From the NCBI RefSeq assembly GCF_006345805.1, contig NC_042998.1, positions 2,418,001 to 2,482,000 on the forward strand: a stretch of DNA of 64,000 nucleotides, in the 5' to 3' direction. Shown piece by piece: positions 50,573 to 63,529 of the stretch (position 1 is the first letter of the stretch; each line of letters begins with the position of its first letter). This DNA is from Octopus sinensis. Taxonomy: Eukaryota. The translations under genes were made by a program, and so were the position numbers. A model generated the notes under the pieces. The model was not told the origin of the DNA, made no database searches, and saw nothing but the letters and a program-made list of their open reading frames with translations.

Positions 50573-51016
50573 ATACAGTCAAAGGGTTAATGTGCTCATA
50601 TTTTGCTTAAAATCTCAACAGAAACTGTACTATTATATGGTTTCTAAAGTAAAATTATGAGAGTGAAATTTCTTTCACTGTTTTACATAATATATCAGTA
50701 AATAAAATATTTACACTATTTTTCAAACTTTCACTTTAAATTTGTGGTTATTTAAAAAAATTGTAATATTTATGCATTCTGCTCTAGTGTCATGTATGGT
50801 TACACTTAGGAATTTTATGTGTCCATGGTAACAGTCTGATTATGCTTACAATTTTACTTAGTACATTGTAGGTGTCCTACTCATACAATTCTTCACATAT
50901 TATCTATTTCATATCCTCTCTCTGTATGTTCTAGTATGTAAAGAGATTATGGTTGTCTTTTATAAGATTATTGCTTCATCTCCAAAACATGAATTCATAC
51001 CATCACTGATATAAAT

Positions 51017-51225
51017 GTGCTGGTGCCACGTAAAAAGAACCCATACAAGTGCTGCTTAAAAGCACCCAGTACACTCTGGAAAGTGGTTGGTGTCAGGAAG
51101 GGCATCCAGATGTAGAAACCATACCAAAACAGACATGGAGCCTGAACAGCCCTTCAGCTGATCAGCTCCTGTCAAACTGTCCAACCCATGCTAGCATGGG
51201 AAACGGATGTTAAATGATGATGATT
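51017..51225 (+). mobile_element. Diverged RTE-derived bipartite element
   Basis: GTGGTTGGTGTCAGGAAGGGCATCCAG...CCAACCCATGCTAGCATGG...GATGATGAT. Confidence 0.75.
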
Positions 51226-51896
51226 CATACAGTATCAGGAAACTTTTAGTCTGATTGCTTTATATAATATGGAGTGTTATCAGAAGATTAATAGCACAGA
51301 TAGTGAAGTTTTGCTGATGCCAAAATTATGATCTAATGTTACAGCTGATAATCTGTAATAGAAGTAGACAAATGCTGTGTCAGATTGTATTTTTCACAGA
51401 CAGCAAACACACAGAACAGTAGGTTTCTTCTTCAGGACCAAAAATAAAACAAATTCAGCTTCGAAAAAATTAATAACTCCTTGTGAAGCCTCAATTTTGT
51501 CTTGTGTTTAAGTTATTGTTAAAACACTTCAAAACTCATCAGAAATTTCATTATTTCATGATTTCTAAAGAAAGATTTTGAGAGGCAAAATTTCTGTCAG
51601 AGTTCTACATAAAAACCTTGCGTTCCAAACACCAGCTTCATATAACAATAAATAAAGCAAAACATTTGTGTTATTTCACTAAATTTCACTTGAAATATTT
51701 GGTTATCTTGAGAATCGGTTAACACATGCAAATCTACACACTTGTGCACATATGCAAGTGTTTACATTTTCTACCACCTCTAGCCCCATCTCTAACCATT
51801 TCTCACTCTCCCCTCTAATATTTTTATGAAATTACTTACTCTTTCCTTTTCTCCTGATCCACTGTATTCTCCCTTATATTCTATGTTTGTTATCCC

Positions 51897-52124
51897 TGGT
51901 GAGCTGGCAGAACTGTTACCATGCCAGGCGAAATGCGTAGCCATATTTCGTCTGCTGTTACGTTCTGAGTTCACATTCCGCCGAGGTCGACTTTGCCTTT
52001 AATCCTTTCGAGGTCGATAAATTAAGTTCCAGTTACGCACTGGGCTTGATGTATTCGACTTAATCCATTTGTCTGTCCTTGTTTGTCCCCTCTATGTTTA
52101 GCCCCTTGTGGGTAATAAAGAAAC
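51897..52124 (+). mobile_element. Full-length Meta-domain-like SINE
   Basis: Colinear with 37121-37353. Confidence 0.85.
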
Positions 52125-52624
52125 ATATCCCTTATATTCACCTTCTTTTATATCTCTGTTCTCCCTTATATTCACCTTGTATTTTCTAAGTTCATTCTAG
52201 TACTTATTTATATTTCCCAGTTACACTTGCTCTCCCTCACATAATGTGGGGTAGCTATGCATCTCTGCTATAATTAGACACTTGTACTTGTTTCTCTATC
52301 ATACTTTAGCTTTCAACATCCAGCATAAACTCACCAACCCCATGTCTCAAATACATTCCCCACCTAGTTGAGGGGGACTTTTTCCTCTTCTTTCTTTGTC
52401 TTGCAAGTTACTCACTAGTACCAGTGTCAAAAAAAATGTACATAGTAAACATTGTACAGTAGTTGGTGTTTGGAATGGCATCCAGAGACCATATCAAAAC
52501 TGACTTTGGAGCCTAATGCAGCTCTGAAGCTTGTTGTATCCTGTCAAATCATCCCACTCATACTAGTATGGAAAATGTACATTAAAAGATGATGTTCACT
52601 TGGTACTTGACACTGAAACATAAC

Positions 52625-52716
52625 CAAAATCGGTCTACTATTGAGCTGCATTGTTGCTTTGTTACATCTACAGCATCTTCGAAGGTGAATGATTCTTTTG
52701 GATTTGCTGGTTTGAT
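52625..52716 (-). CDS. Candidate coding exon (phase 0-2): IKPANPKESFTFEDAVDVTKQQCSSIVDRF(W)
   Basis: Acceptor ACAGTTGCATTTTAG, donor TG|GTTATG (weak), open frame with protein-like composition; no homolog recognised. Confidence 0.28.
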
Positions 52717-53789
52717 CTAAAATGCAACTGTTATCTATCACAATTTAATGCACTACACCTGCCTTTTTTCAGCTGTCCTTAAATACAGATAGTACAAATT
52801 GCTTTGCAATTTAAAATAGGCATTAAGTACCCTATTAACCTTACCCAGTTACCTTCATTCATGAATTTAAAAAAAACACCCCCCTCAAAAAAAAACAACA
52901 AAAAGCCTGAACTGTAATAAGAAAAAAAATTTATAAAAAGATTAGAAAGAGCAGCCTTAATTTGTTGATAGTAGGTTATAAACATGTTATTAACAATCAG
53001 TTGGGTTCCACAGCTAACTACACTAAGGAAACGAAACAGATTTTCCCCCCAAGATTCCATTCCACTCGAATGAGTTATTCTCTTTGCTTCACTGACTCCC
53101 ATATATGTAAATATATATGCTTCTACAATATGCTATTTTCATTCTGATTTGTGCCAAGGATTAACTGCATTGTTTTATTCTGTTTATTCATTTTTTCTTT
53201 TTGTTTGCCACAAGTATTTGTAAATGTTAACTTCTCTTATCCCACCATATGGAAGCTATCTGAAATAAAGGTCAAAGCTGTTGTGTCATTTTAAGGGTTA
53301 TTTTTATGGCAAGTTATTTTGGATCCTTCTTTGTTCTTTGCTCTCATTTTATAGTCTCTTTACATAGTTTGTGATTAGTGTAACTCATGATTCAGGTCCC
53401 GAATACTGGCCCCACCATCCCCTTGGCTTGTTTTATTATATTCTAATCAAAACTACATTATTCTTTTTGTAGAAGTGATGAGGAAGAAAATAAGTTATCC
53501 TTCCACCACTAACAATTATCTAAACCTAAATTGAAGCCAGTTTTCTTTTTTTTTGTTATTACTATTAGAAACAGTGTTCTCAGGGCTGGTTCCTTATTAT
53601 AATTGTTCTTAATATAGGCACAAGGAAAGTTGGTGGATAAGGTCAGGTGCATCGACACTTGTACTTGACTAGTACTTTATCTTTCAATCCAGAAAGGATG
53701 AAAGGCAAAGGTGACCTTAATGGGATAAAAACTCAGAAGTTAGTCCTTAATGACACATTTCATAGAAATCCTGATTATGTATATATATA

Positions 53790-53972
53790 TATGGCGCATA
53801 AAAAGCACCCACTACACTCACGGAGTGGTTGGCGTTAGGAAGAGCATCCAGCTGTAGAAACTCTGCCAGATCAGACTGGGCCTGGCGCAGCCTACTGGCT
53901 CCCCAGACCCCAGTTGAACTGTCCAACCCATGCTAGCATGGAAAATGGACGTTAAACGATGATGATGATGAT
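53790..53972 (+). mobile_element. RTE-derived bipartite element, one 5' module
   Basis: Family body with (GAT)n tail. Confidence 0.8.
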
Positions 53973-55744
53973 ATAAAACCATCATTGTTAAAGTCTTTAG
54001 CGTTTTAACCTCCATTTTTTTCATGCTTACATGGGTTAGACAGAATTTAATGAAGTGGCTTTTCTTTCTTTGGCCAGATGCCTTTCCTGCCACCAATCCT
54101 TATCTGTTTTCAAGCAATGTAATATTTCCCCTTCACCAGACATGTTTTCACAGCAGATTGGATATGATGGACACTGCTCCTATATTATGATGCACATTTA
54201 CTACTATTTTACAATGTCAAGACAAGGAGACAAAAGCACACACACACTAAATTCATTTACAAGGCTTTGGTCTACTCGAGGCTATAGTAGAAAACACTTG
54301 CCCTAGGTGCTATGCAATGGGACTGAACCTTAAACCATGTGTTTTGGAAATGAACTTCTTAACCGTATATGTTTGTGTTTGCATATGTAATATGCTGCAA
54401 GTGAGACAGTATGGTTGAGGTTTGGCCCTCACAGGCATTTTAAAAGTTATTGTTCACCCTCATCCGCTGACACACTCCCCAAAGCTTGCAAGACTGATGA
54501 ATGTTTTTGGTCTACATTTTCAAATGTCACTTGTTCTAATTTACTATGGCATAGTGTGATTTGAGGGTTACTTGGTTGCTATCTCTAGTAGGTTGTGTGC
54601 CCATGCAGAGGCCTTTGTTGATTTGCAGTAAACTGTGTTGTTGTGCATTCTCTGATCAGTTGTAGTCAAACAAAACTGTGATGAGAGGTGTACTAGTTAT
54701 GACAATCTTGATGTTTGTATACCAGTAATTATGGTTAAATTTCGATGACTATTCCCCACTGTTTATTATTCTATCCCGAGGGCTACTCCCTCGGTATGGT
54801 CCCTGAAGGAAGGTCTTGCTGGTTTTATATTGTCATCGATGCTTCTGAAACTTTGCTTATTTTCTAGGGAGGGGTGTTATTAGCCTTATGCAAATCCACA
54901 TTCATCTCTGGGAAGGGGTGGTCCTTATTGGTCTAGTTTCTATCCTTTGATCTGTTCAGCATAGAAGACCCTACAAAGAGCTTGATGCTGCTGGCACATC
55001 TCTGGGTTATTGCAATACAATAACCACCACACTGCAATGAGGACTGGGTTTGTATAAATGAATTAATTTACTAATGGCAACCAAATTCTTGAATATTTTT
55101 CAAACTTAGTAGAAACACATATGCTGTATATTTCATTAGAAATCTAGTTAAAAATAATTGGTTTGCCTGCTTATAGGTTGTGAGCTTAATTCTGTTATAT
55201 TTCATTGCTTTTGGACATAACAATGTACTCTATATTGCAGTACTCCACACAACTAATGCAGTGAGCTGACAGAATCATTAACATACCTGACAAAATACTT
55301 TGCTGTGTTTCTTTTGGCTTTATGTTCCGAGTTCAAATTGACCGAGATTGACTTTGTCTATCATCCTTTCATGGTTGATAAAATAAGTACCAGTTGGGCA
55401 CTGGGGGTCAGTGTAACTGACCAGCCCCCAACCCCAAAATTTCAGCCTTGTACCTACCTATAATAGAATTATTTCACATAGCTATTGGGAAAAAAATACT
55501 AGATCATCTGGAAATGTTACCTGTGATTGACTGGTATCCTATCTCGACAAAAATTTATCTCGCATGTTCTTAAGATCCTTAAATTAAAGGTTAGCACTGG
55601 CCCATAAAAGCTTTTTTGAGGGAATGACCGAGAAGGAGGAGAGAAAATCTTTGTATCATTATTGGGTTGATGCAAAGGTATCGAAAATTTACTTTGTTCA
55701 ATAACTGTTTTAGAACTCATTATATCGTTAAGTAACTGATTTAT

Positions 55745-56110
55745 TATTTTTTTAAAGCTCCAGGCATGGATATGTGGTTAAGAAACTTGTTTTGCAACCA
55801 TTTTGGGTTCGTTCCTACTATGCAGCACTTTGAGCGAGTGTTTTCTACTATAGCTCTGGGCCAACCAATATCTTATAAGTGAATTTGGTAGATAGAAACT
55901 GTGTGGAAGCCTGTTGTATCTTTCTATGTTTGTGTTTGTCTCCTTGCTTGACAACCTGTATTGATTTGTTTATACCTCCATAACTTAGCAGTTCAACAAA
56001 GGAGACTGACAGATTAAATACCAGACTTAAAAATATGCACTGGGGTCAATTTGTCTGACTAAATCAGTGCCCCAGTATGGTCACAGTCTTATGACTGAAA
56101 CCAGTAAAAG
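55745..56110 (+). mobile_element. Heavily decayed CORE-type SINE
   Basis: Recognisable blocks with CpG to TpG/CpA changes throughout. Confidence 0.65.
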
Positions 56111-56271
56111 ACAAGGTAAAGCCGAGTATTATTTTGAGTGGATTATGAACATCTGTTTTCCCATTCAGCAATTAAAGAGGAGTGATTTGAGATCGGGAGT
56201 TGGCAAACTGTTGCAGTAAGTGTGGGAGAGACATAGCAGCCAGTCATTGACACCAAATAATAAATGTCCAA

Positions 56272-56583
56272 CTCTTTAGCATTCAGATTTACTCTGTGAC
56301 AAATATAGCTCTTGTCTATTCACATAGTTTGGGATTAATCATAGATTATCTCATGGCTTTGAAGTTTTGATAATACACTCTTTTACTTGTTTCAGTCATT
56401 TGACTGTGGCCATGCTGGAGCACCGCTTTTAGTCGAGCAAAACAACCCCAGGGCTTATTCTTTGTAAGCCTAGTTCTTATTCTATCGACCTCTTTTGCCG
56501 AACCGCTAAGTTACGGGTACGTAAGCACACCAGCATCAGTTGTCAAGTCATGTTGGGGGGACAAACACAGACACACAAACATA

Positions 56584-56629
<46 letters not shown>

Positions 56630-56961
56630 CACATACATGCATACATACACACACACATATACATACATATATATTCTTATACATATATATGAAGGGCTTC
56701 TTTCAGTTTCCGTCTACCAAATCCACTCACAAGGCTTTGGTCAGCCCGAAGCTATAGCAGAAGACACTTGCCCAAGATGCCATGCAGTGGAACTGAACCC
56801 GGAACCATGTGGTTCGTAAGCAAGCTACTTACCACACAGCCACTCCTTCGCCTATGATTGTATATTTTTAGATGTGAGAGGCCAGATCTGGCAGGTTTGA
56901 GTATAAAACAGGTGGAATATTTGAGCCGGATGTGGCTGGTCCAAATGCTGATGGGTCAAGT
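56272..56961. mobile_element. TTAA MITE family A split by a CORE-SINE
   Basis: CTCTTTAGCATTCAGATT left part; ...CCAAATGCTGATGGGTCAA right end. Confidence 0.68.
56377..56852 (-). mobile_element. Full-length CORE-type SINE with expanded internal (TACA/TA)n
   Basis: Reverse complement of family consensus, head ending ...CACTCCTTCGCC. Confidence 0.87.
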
Positions 56962-57825
56962 TAATACCTTGTGAATGATTAAATATGTTCCTTCCACTTT
57001 GTAGTTGTTTTAGTGTCAACGCATGGTCTGAGATCAAATCACTCACTAGACAAGTACATCTCTGAAACTTTATAAAAAAGGCTATTCTAATTTGGAAGCA
57101 AAAAAAAACAAACAAATTGAGCCGTACCCTGCCCAAAATAACAGAACTTAGCTCTCCTCAGAGCATTTATTTCGAAATAGGCCACATTCTGCTATTGCTG
57201 CTAACTGCCATTATATACATACATCATCATGACACATAATGTCAAATAAGAATGGAAAAGGTAAAATATTAGTAAATAAAAACAAAAACCTTGACATGTG
57301 CCAAAGGTGGTACATAAGACATTCTTTCTGGACGTTCAATTAAGAGTCTGTAGATTAAGTTATTCTTTTATTCTGTTGTTTCTTTCAGCCATTGGAAAGT
57401 GATCCTGTTGGGGATATTATTAACTGCAAGGGTTTGCTTTTTGTATTTCATCTGGTGCTTGTTTTACCAACATGATAAAGGAGAATGCCAAAGTTGACTT
57501 GGACATATAAGGAAGTAACTGAGATAGGGCCAAATTCCAAAAGTTATTCTGTATTGAATACACTGGTTTTGTTGTTCTTGGGCTGATAGGCTGGTTAAGA
57601 AACTCGCTTTGCGATCACATGGTTGTGGGTTCAGTCCCATTGCGCAGCACGTTGGGCAAATGTTTTCTGCTATAGCCTCTAGACCAACAAATGCATTTAT
57701 ACTTAGTTCGGTGCTTATCCTCTCTACATACATGCACAACACCCTACTTTATTTGGGGCACTGTGTAATTACAATTAATTGAAATTTCAATGAGGAAATT
57801 TTCAAAAGACAATTGTGCCTGTGTG

Positions 57826-57882
57826 CACGCACACACACACCACACACACACACACACACACACCACACACACACATATACAC
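57826..57882. repeat. Imperfect (CA)n microsatellite
   Basis: Read directly from sequence. Confidence 0.93.
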
Positions 57883-58287
57883 AGGCCTACTTACACATGT
57901 CACCTTATTTCATCTTTTGGACAGTGAATTCTGTCTTACTTTCTGGGCCTTGTCCTTGCATCTCTCCATTCCACTCTTTCTTCCTCTTTTATCTTCTTTA
58001 TTTTTTTTTCTTTCACCCCCTCTCCTCCTTTTTTCCCCTCACCCCCCCTCCTTACAATCTGTCATGTTTCTCTTGAGTTATTTGGATCTAGAAATTAACC
58101 TGTCTTCCAAACTGTCATAAATTATTAAATCAGCCACCCAGTGGGAGGAAGGAGACAAAATCTACATCAAGAAAAAAAAAACAACAAAATAAAAAACAAA
58201 AACACTAACCTGTGTATTAAAAGTCTGAATGAAGTTAAATGTCTTGGAAATAAATCATGTTTCTTTGAATTCTAGTTTATAGTAACG

Positions 58288-58453
58288 CTAGCAGTATTGC
58301 CCGGCGTTGCTCGGGTTTGTAAGGGAAATAACTATATAAGCATTTTTAGAGAGTTATAGCCAAAAAATAGCAAAAAAATGCATTAAAAATGGAAAAAAAT
58401 GATGGTAAATTTTTTTTTTAATCGTTGACTCATCGTAGACATTTTTAGAGAGT
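58288..58453 (+). mobile_element. Possible Helitron-like terminal fragment abutting a SINE 3' part
   Basis: Starts CTAGCAGTATTGCCCGGCGTTGCTCGGG, like the CTAG...CCCGGCGTTGCCCGGG starts of non-autonomous Helitron-like repeats; followed by a Meta-SINE 3' segment at 58455-58545. Confidence 0.4.
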
Positions 58454-59205
58454 TACGCACTGGGGTCAATGTAATCGACTTAATACCTATGTCTGTCCTT
58501 GTTTGTCCCCTCTGTGTTTAGCCCCTTGTGGGTAATAAAGAAATAAGTATCATCTCCAGGAGTCAGGGTTCACGCGAAATACTAGCTTTTCTGTTTTATC
58601 ATTTATTGTTTGTTTTACATGTATTGGTCTATGGAGTGTGGCGATGCTGGGGTACCATCTTGAAGAGTCTAGTCAAAGAAATCACTCCCAGTACTTGTTT
58701 TTTTTAAGTCTGGTACTTTATCATTATCTCTTGCTGAACCACTACATTAGGGAAATGTAAAAAAAAAAAAAAAAATTACTCTGGTTGTCAAGTGTTGGCA
58801 GTGGACAAACATAAAGACACTGACTGACTCGCTTGCTTGCACCCTCCCAGAAGTTTTTGGCTGGCCCAGGGCTATGGTAAAAGATTCTTGCCCAAGGTGC
58901 CATACAGTGGGACTGAACCCAAACTATGTTGGGAAGCAAGCTTCTCCAGTGTATACCTATGTATAGTTAGTGCAATACATGTGTCAATGTGAGAAATTAT
59001 CTTTTACAATTCAATTTTGACTAATTAAAAGGTTTAATACGTTTCCTTGATTTTGGTGATATTTTATGTGATGTCTTTGAAGGAATCTAGATTGTATTCA
59101 TAGAGTTCATCTGAACTTTTTTTTCAAAAGTCTGGAATCACTTGATCGACTGCAATTGAAAAGAAATCATAAATTAAGGAAAGATATATTGAATATACTG
59201 TTTTA

Positions 59206-59420
59206 CTCTTACTTATTTCAGTCATTTGACTGCGGCCATGCTGGAGCACTGCCTTTAGTCAAGCAAATTGACCCTGGGACTTATTCTTTGTAAGCCTAGT
59301 ACTTATTCTATTGGTCTCTTTTGCCAAACTGCTAAGTTACAAGGATGTAAACATACCAGCATCAGTTGTCAAGCAAGGTTGGTGTGGACAAACACAGACA
59401 CACAAACATACACGCACACC
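59206..59420 (-). mobile_element. 3' half of CORE-type SINE running into a TA-rich array
   Basis: TTACTTATTTCAGTCATTTGACTGCGGCC...AACACAGACACACAAAC. Confidence 0.8.
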
Positions 59421-59462
59421 TATATACATATATATATTATATATACATACATATATATATTA

Positions 59463-59503
<41 letters not shown>

Positions 59504-59605
59504 ATTATATATATACATATATATTATATATATAATATATATACATACTATATATATTATATATATATACCATATATATATATATATATATAATACATCT
59601 ATAAC

Positions 59606-59642
<37 letters not shown>

Positions 59643-59706
59643 TACAATATATATATATTATATATATATACCATATATATATATATATATATAATACATC
59701 TATAAC

Positions 59707-59743
<37 letters not shown>

Positions 59744-59757
59744 TACAATATATATAT
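59420..59757. repeat. TA-rich array containing a ~95-bp higher-order tandem duplication
   Basis: CCATATA...TAATACATCTATAACATATA...TACATATA...TCTACAATATA occurs twice consecutively. Confidence 0.9.
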
Positions 59758-62700
59758 TCCCACAATAACATCAACACCACCAAATAGTAAATCGAAATTC
59801 AAAACACACACAACTCGGAGTCCCAAAATCTGCCGGTATCCCAACGTGAGAGAGAGAACATGTCTACTGAGTGACTGTCCCTTCACTCATCTTCCAGGGA
59901 CCCGACGCACAAATAGAAACGGGGGCCTCAAGCCAACACACAAACCTGAATAAACAATAAAAATAGAAACACACCATGCTGCAGTAATGCTGGTCCAGTC
60001 TTTTCAGGAAGACACAAAAACAACAACAACAACAAAAGGGAAACTACCCCTATCCAACAGTGCAACCACACCTCAGCCAAAAACTGCTCCCTAAGCAGGA
60101 AAATTCTTTTTTAGCCATGTTGAACATGGCAAAAGAGATACACAAAAACATTCTAGCCATCACTCAACACCATCCTATGCTATTACCCCAGTGCACCAAT
60201 TCCCCACATTGCTGCCACTAACACACACAAAAAATCCAAGCCCCTGCAACAGTCAAAACCAGCCACTACACTAACCTCCACATTCCTACTCAATGCACAA
60301 GGTGTCAGCCTTCCATCAATGCACAAAAATGGAAGGTCCAATTCATTGAAGACTGGGTTGGTAACCATTCAACCACATCCCCTTTCTTCATTCTCACTGA
60401 GACCCACCTTGACAACTCCCACTTGGAAGCCGAAGTGAGAGTGAAGAATTTCACAACCATCCGCGCGGATCGTATCGGCAGGAGGAAGGGTGGAACTGCA
60501 TTTTCCTGCATGATTCATTTACGGCAGATGGAAATAGTATATTCTCCAACGGCTACTGTGAATCAGTCACCGTGCACAACAAAGCCAATGACCTGACAGT
60601 AATTGGGCTCTATAGGCCGCCCCAACACCCATACTGTGCTTTAAAGAATGCCTCAACAGCATAAGTGCTTTATTCAACAGTGCCATTCTAGCAACATATC
60701 ATGATGGGAGACTTCAATCTACCCTGTGTTGACTGGACTACAAACTGTTTGAAACCAAGCACTCCCGCCTCAACCGCTGACAAAGAAGCAGCAGAGTCAC
60801 TTTTCGACTTTACGAATGAGTTTTCTCTTGTCCCAACTTGTCCTTGCACCAACAAGACATCAGAACATTTTGGACCTAGTGTTTAGTAAACCACACTAAA
60901 CTATACATAACGTTACAGTGGAAAAAACCCTTCTTTCAGACCATGACATGGTTCTCTGTAACATGAAATTCCACCAGCCGAAAGCTAATCCTAGTGACCT
61001 TCCTCAGCCCACCCATTTGACAACATGGATCTCCATAAAGCCAACTGGGATGCAATCAGGAACGAGCTATCAAATGTTGACTGGTCCTTTACACATACAC
61101 ACATCTCCACCAACCATAAACATCTTGGCAGATCTTTGTAGACACCGTCACAGACATATGTGCAAAACACTCCCCACCAAGACCTGTGAACAAAAAGTGC
61201 AGAATCCCCCAAAACAGAAAAACCATTATCAGAAAAATAAAAAGAACAAACAAAAAAATTAACAAACTAAAGTACTGCAACAGCAAACACAACATTCGAC
61301 GGCTATCGCACTGCTTGAATCCAAAAAATATAACCTCCAAAAATGCATGAAGACCCTCATCAATAACCAAAGATCAGCTGAGGAGAAGTGGGCCATTGAA
61401 AAAATCAAACTCAACCCCAAAGTGTTCTTTTCATTTGCGAGGAAACGCAGGGTCACTGTCTCCACTGTAGGCCCCTCTAATTGACGAAACTGGCACTCTC
61501 CAAGATAATGCCAAATCCATGGCCGAGATACTGCAGAAACAATACTGCTCTCTGTTTTCAGCAATCCTGATATGGCCGATCTGGGCTGTATCGTGATGTC
61601 AACCCCCAAACACACTATATCGGACATAAACGTTTAGTGCCCCTGATGTCTTAGCGGCGATAAACGAAATAAAACACAATTCAGCAGTAGGCCCCGATAG
61701 TTCCCTGCTTGTGTCCTGAAGGTTGTGTCGACACCAACTTGCATCTCCCCTTGCTAATCTGTGGAGAAACTCACTGGATGCTGGCTATATTCCAAAAAAC
61801 CTTCTGTCCCAGTCTGTGTGTCCCAGTTTTCAAAAAGGGAAACAAGTCCTTGCAGTGAATTACCGTCCGATCTCACTCACTCTCATATCATCAAGGTATT
61901 TGAGAGGGTGGTGAGATCTCGAATTTCTGGAAAAGCAACAGACGGCTGATCTCCAACCAACATGGGTTTTCCGTAATGGAAGGGACTGCCTAACGCAGCT
62001 CCTGCATCACTTTGAGGACATTTTGAGAGCTTTGGGGAGAGGGCTCCAACACCGATGTCATCTACCTTGATTTCAGTAAGGCCTTCGACAGGGTCGATCA
62101 CAAGATCCTATTGAAAAAACTATCCAACATTGGTGTCTCTGGAAAAGTTACTGAAATGGATCAAGTGTTTCCTGACAGACAGATCTCAACATGTTGTAGT
62201 TGAAGGGGTAAAATCAGCCCAGCCAAAGTCAGTAGTGGCGTTCCGCAAGGCACTGTGCTGGGCCCACTTCTTCATCATTTACATTAATGACTTAATGACA
62301 TTAATGACATCATCAAGCACAGCAACATAAAAATCTTTGCATGACTCCAAGCTACAGAAGGTCATAATGAGGCGAGGCAGTGACCGGACATTCCTTCAGT
62401 CAGATCTACTGGCTGTTATCCAATGGGCAGAAAAAAACAATATGCTGCTGACGAGGATAAATTTGAGCTAATCCACTTTGGAAAAGAGGATGCCCTGAAA
62501 CTCCCATACTCCCTTCCTTCAGTTGAAACTCTAGCGGCGTCCAACAACATCAGAGACTTGGAGTAATTGTGGACAACAACATAAGCTGGGGCCACTCATA
62601 TAAACACCAAAGTTGACATGGCCCGCAGAATGTGTTCCTGGATTCTCAGAACTTTCAGTCGATAGAGATCCACACCATTATCCTTCTCTTCTCCACTTTG

Positions 62701-63292
62701 CCCGACCCCACCTTGAATACTGTTGTCCACGGGGTCTCCCCACACAATACAAGGTATCATAAAAGTTGAAGCACCTCAAAGGGCAATCACCAAAAAATAA
62801 TAGCATGGCATACAGGCCTCGACTATTGGGGTCGACTAGAAAAGCTAAACTCTATTCTCTCCAACGTCGTCGTGAGCGCTACATCATCTGCATGATGTGG
62901 AAAATATTCTATCAGCATTGCCCAAATAATGTTGGCATCACCTTTAAGGTACATCCAAGGCTTGGGCCCCGTGCCATCCGCCCAAAACAAAATCGCACTC
63001 TCATCTCATAACAACAATACGGCACAATTATTTCACCTCAATTGCCCCGCTCTCTTTAACATTACACACACAATCACATTAAAACAGAACTGACCCTATA
63101 GGGTTCAAGAAGTCCTTGGACAGATTCCTTCAAGAAATCCCGGATAACCCCCTACACCCGGATATGTCTCTGTAAACAATAACTCTCTACTTGAGTGGGC
63201 CATAGTGCCCAAATTCTGACTTGAAGACTTCACCAGGTGGTGCTATTAAGTTAGACATGGCCTGCGCCAATAATGCCGAAACCTATCAAAGT
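59758..63292 (+). mobile_element. ~3.5-kb CR1-group LINE, frameshifted: ORF1 C-terminal remnant, AP endonuclease, reverse transcriptase, 3' end
   Basis: APE motifs ILTETHL (~60390), GDFNLPCVDW, SDHDM; RT motifs NYRPISL (~61858), QHGFR, IYLDFSKAFDRVDH, GVPQGTVLGP, damaged FADD; C-terminal LYSLQRRRERY. Confidence 0.9.
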
Positions 63293-63413
63293 ATATATAT
63301 ATATTATATATATATTATATATTATACATATATATACATACATATATTATATATATATATATATATAGTATATATATATATTATATATATATATATATGT
63401 TGTGTGTATGTGT

Positions 63414-63444
<31 letters not shown>

Positions 63445-63478
63445 GTAATATATACCTATACATATACATATATTATAT

Positions 63479-63511
<33 letters not shown>

Positions 63512-63525
63512 ATATATATATAATA
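63292..63525. repeat. TA/TG-rich microsatellite array flanking the LINE 3' end
   Basis: Read directly from sequence. Confidence 0.92.
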
Positions 63526-63529
63526 TAAA

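Noticed and set aside
55590-55740. Plus-strand peptide FEGMTEKEERKSLYHYWVDAK with donor-like GTATCG
   Set aside because: Its 3' part is a mariner-like TIR (TATTGGGTTGATGCAAAGGTA), so the exon signal is probably TE-derived.
1328-56819. Recurrent 60-110-aa ORFs with HSQGFG...EDTCPRC...PEPCGW or FSFRLPNPLTR motifs (e.g. 1369, 2957, 5795, 41570, 50176, 56550)
   Set aside because: Antisense translations of the CORE-type SINE, not a protein family.
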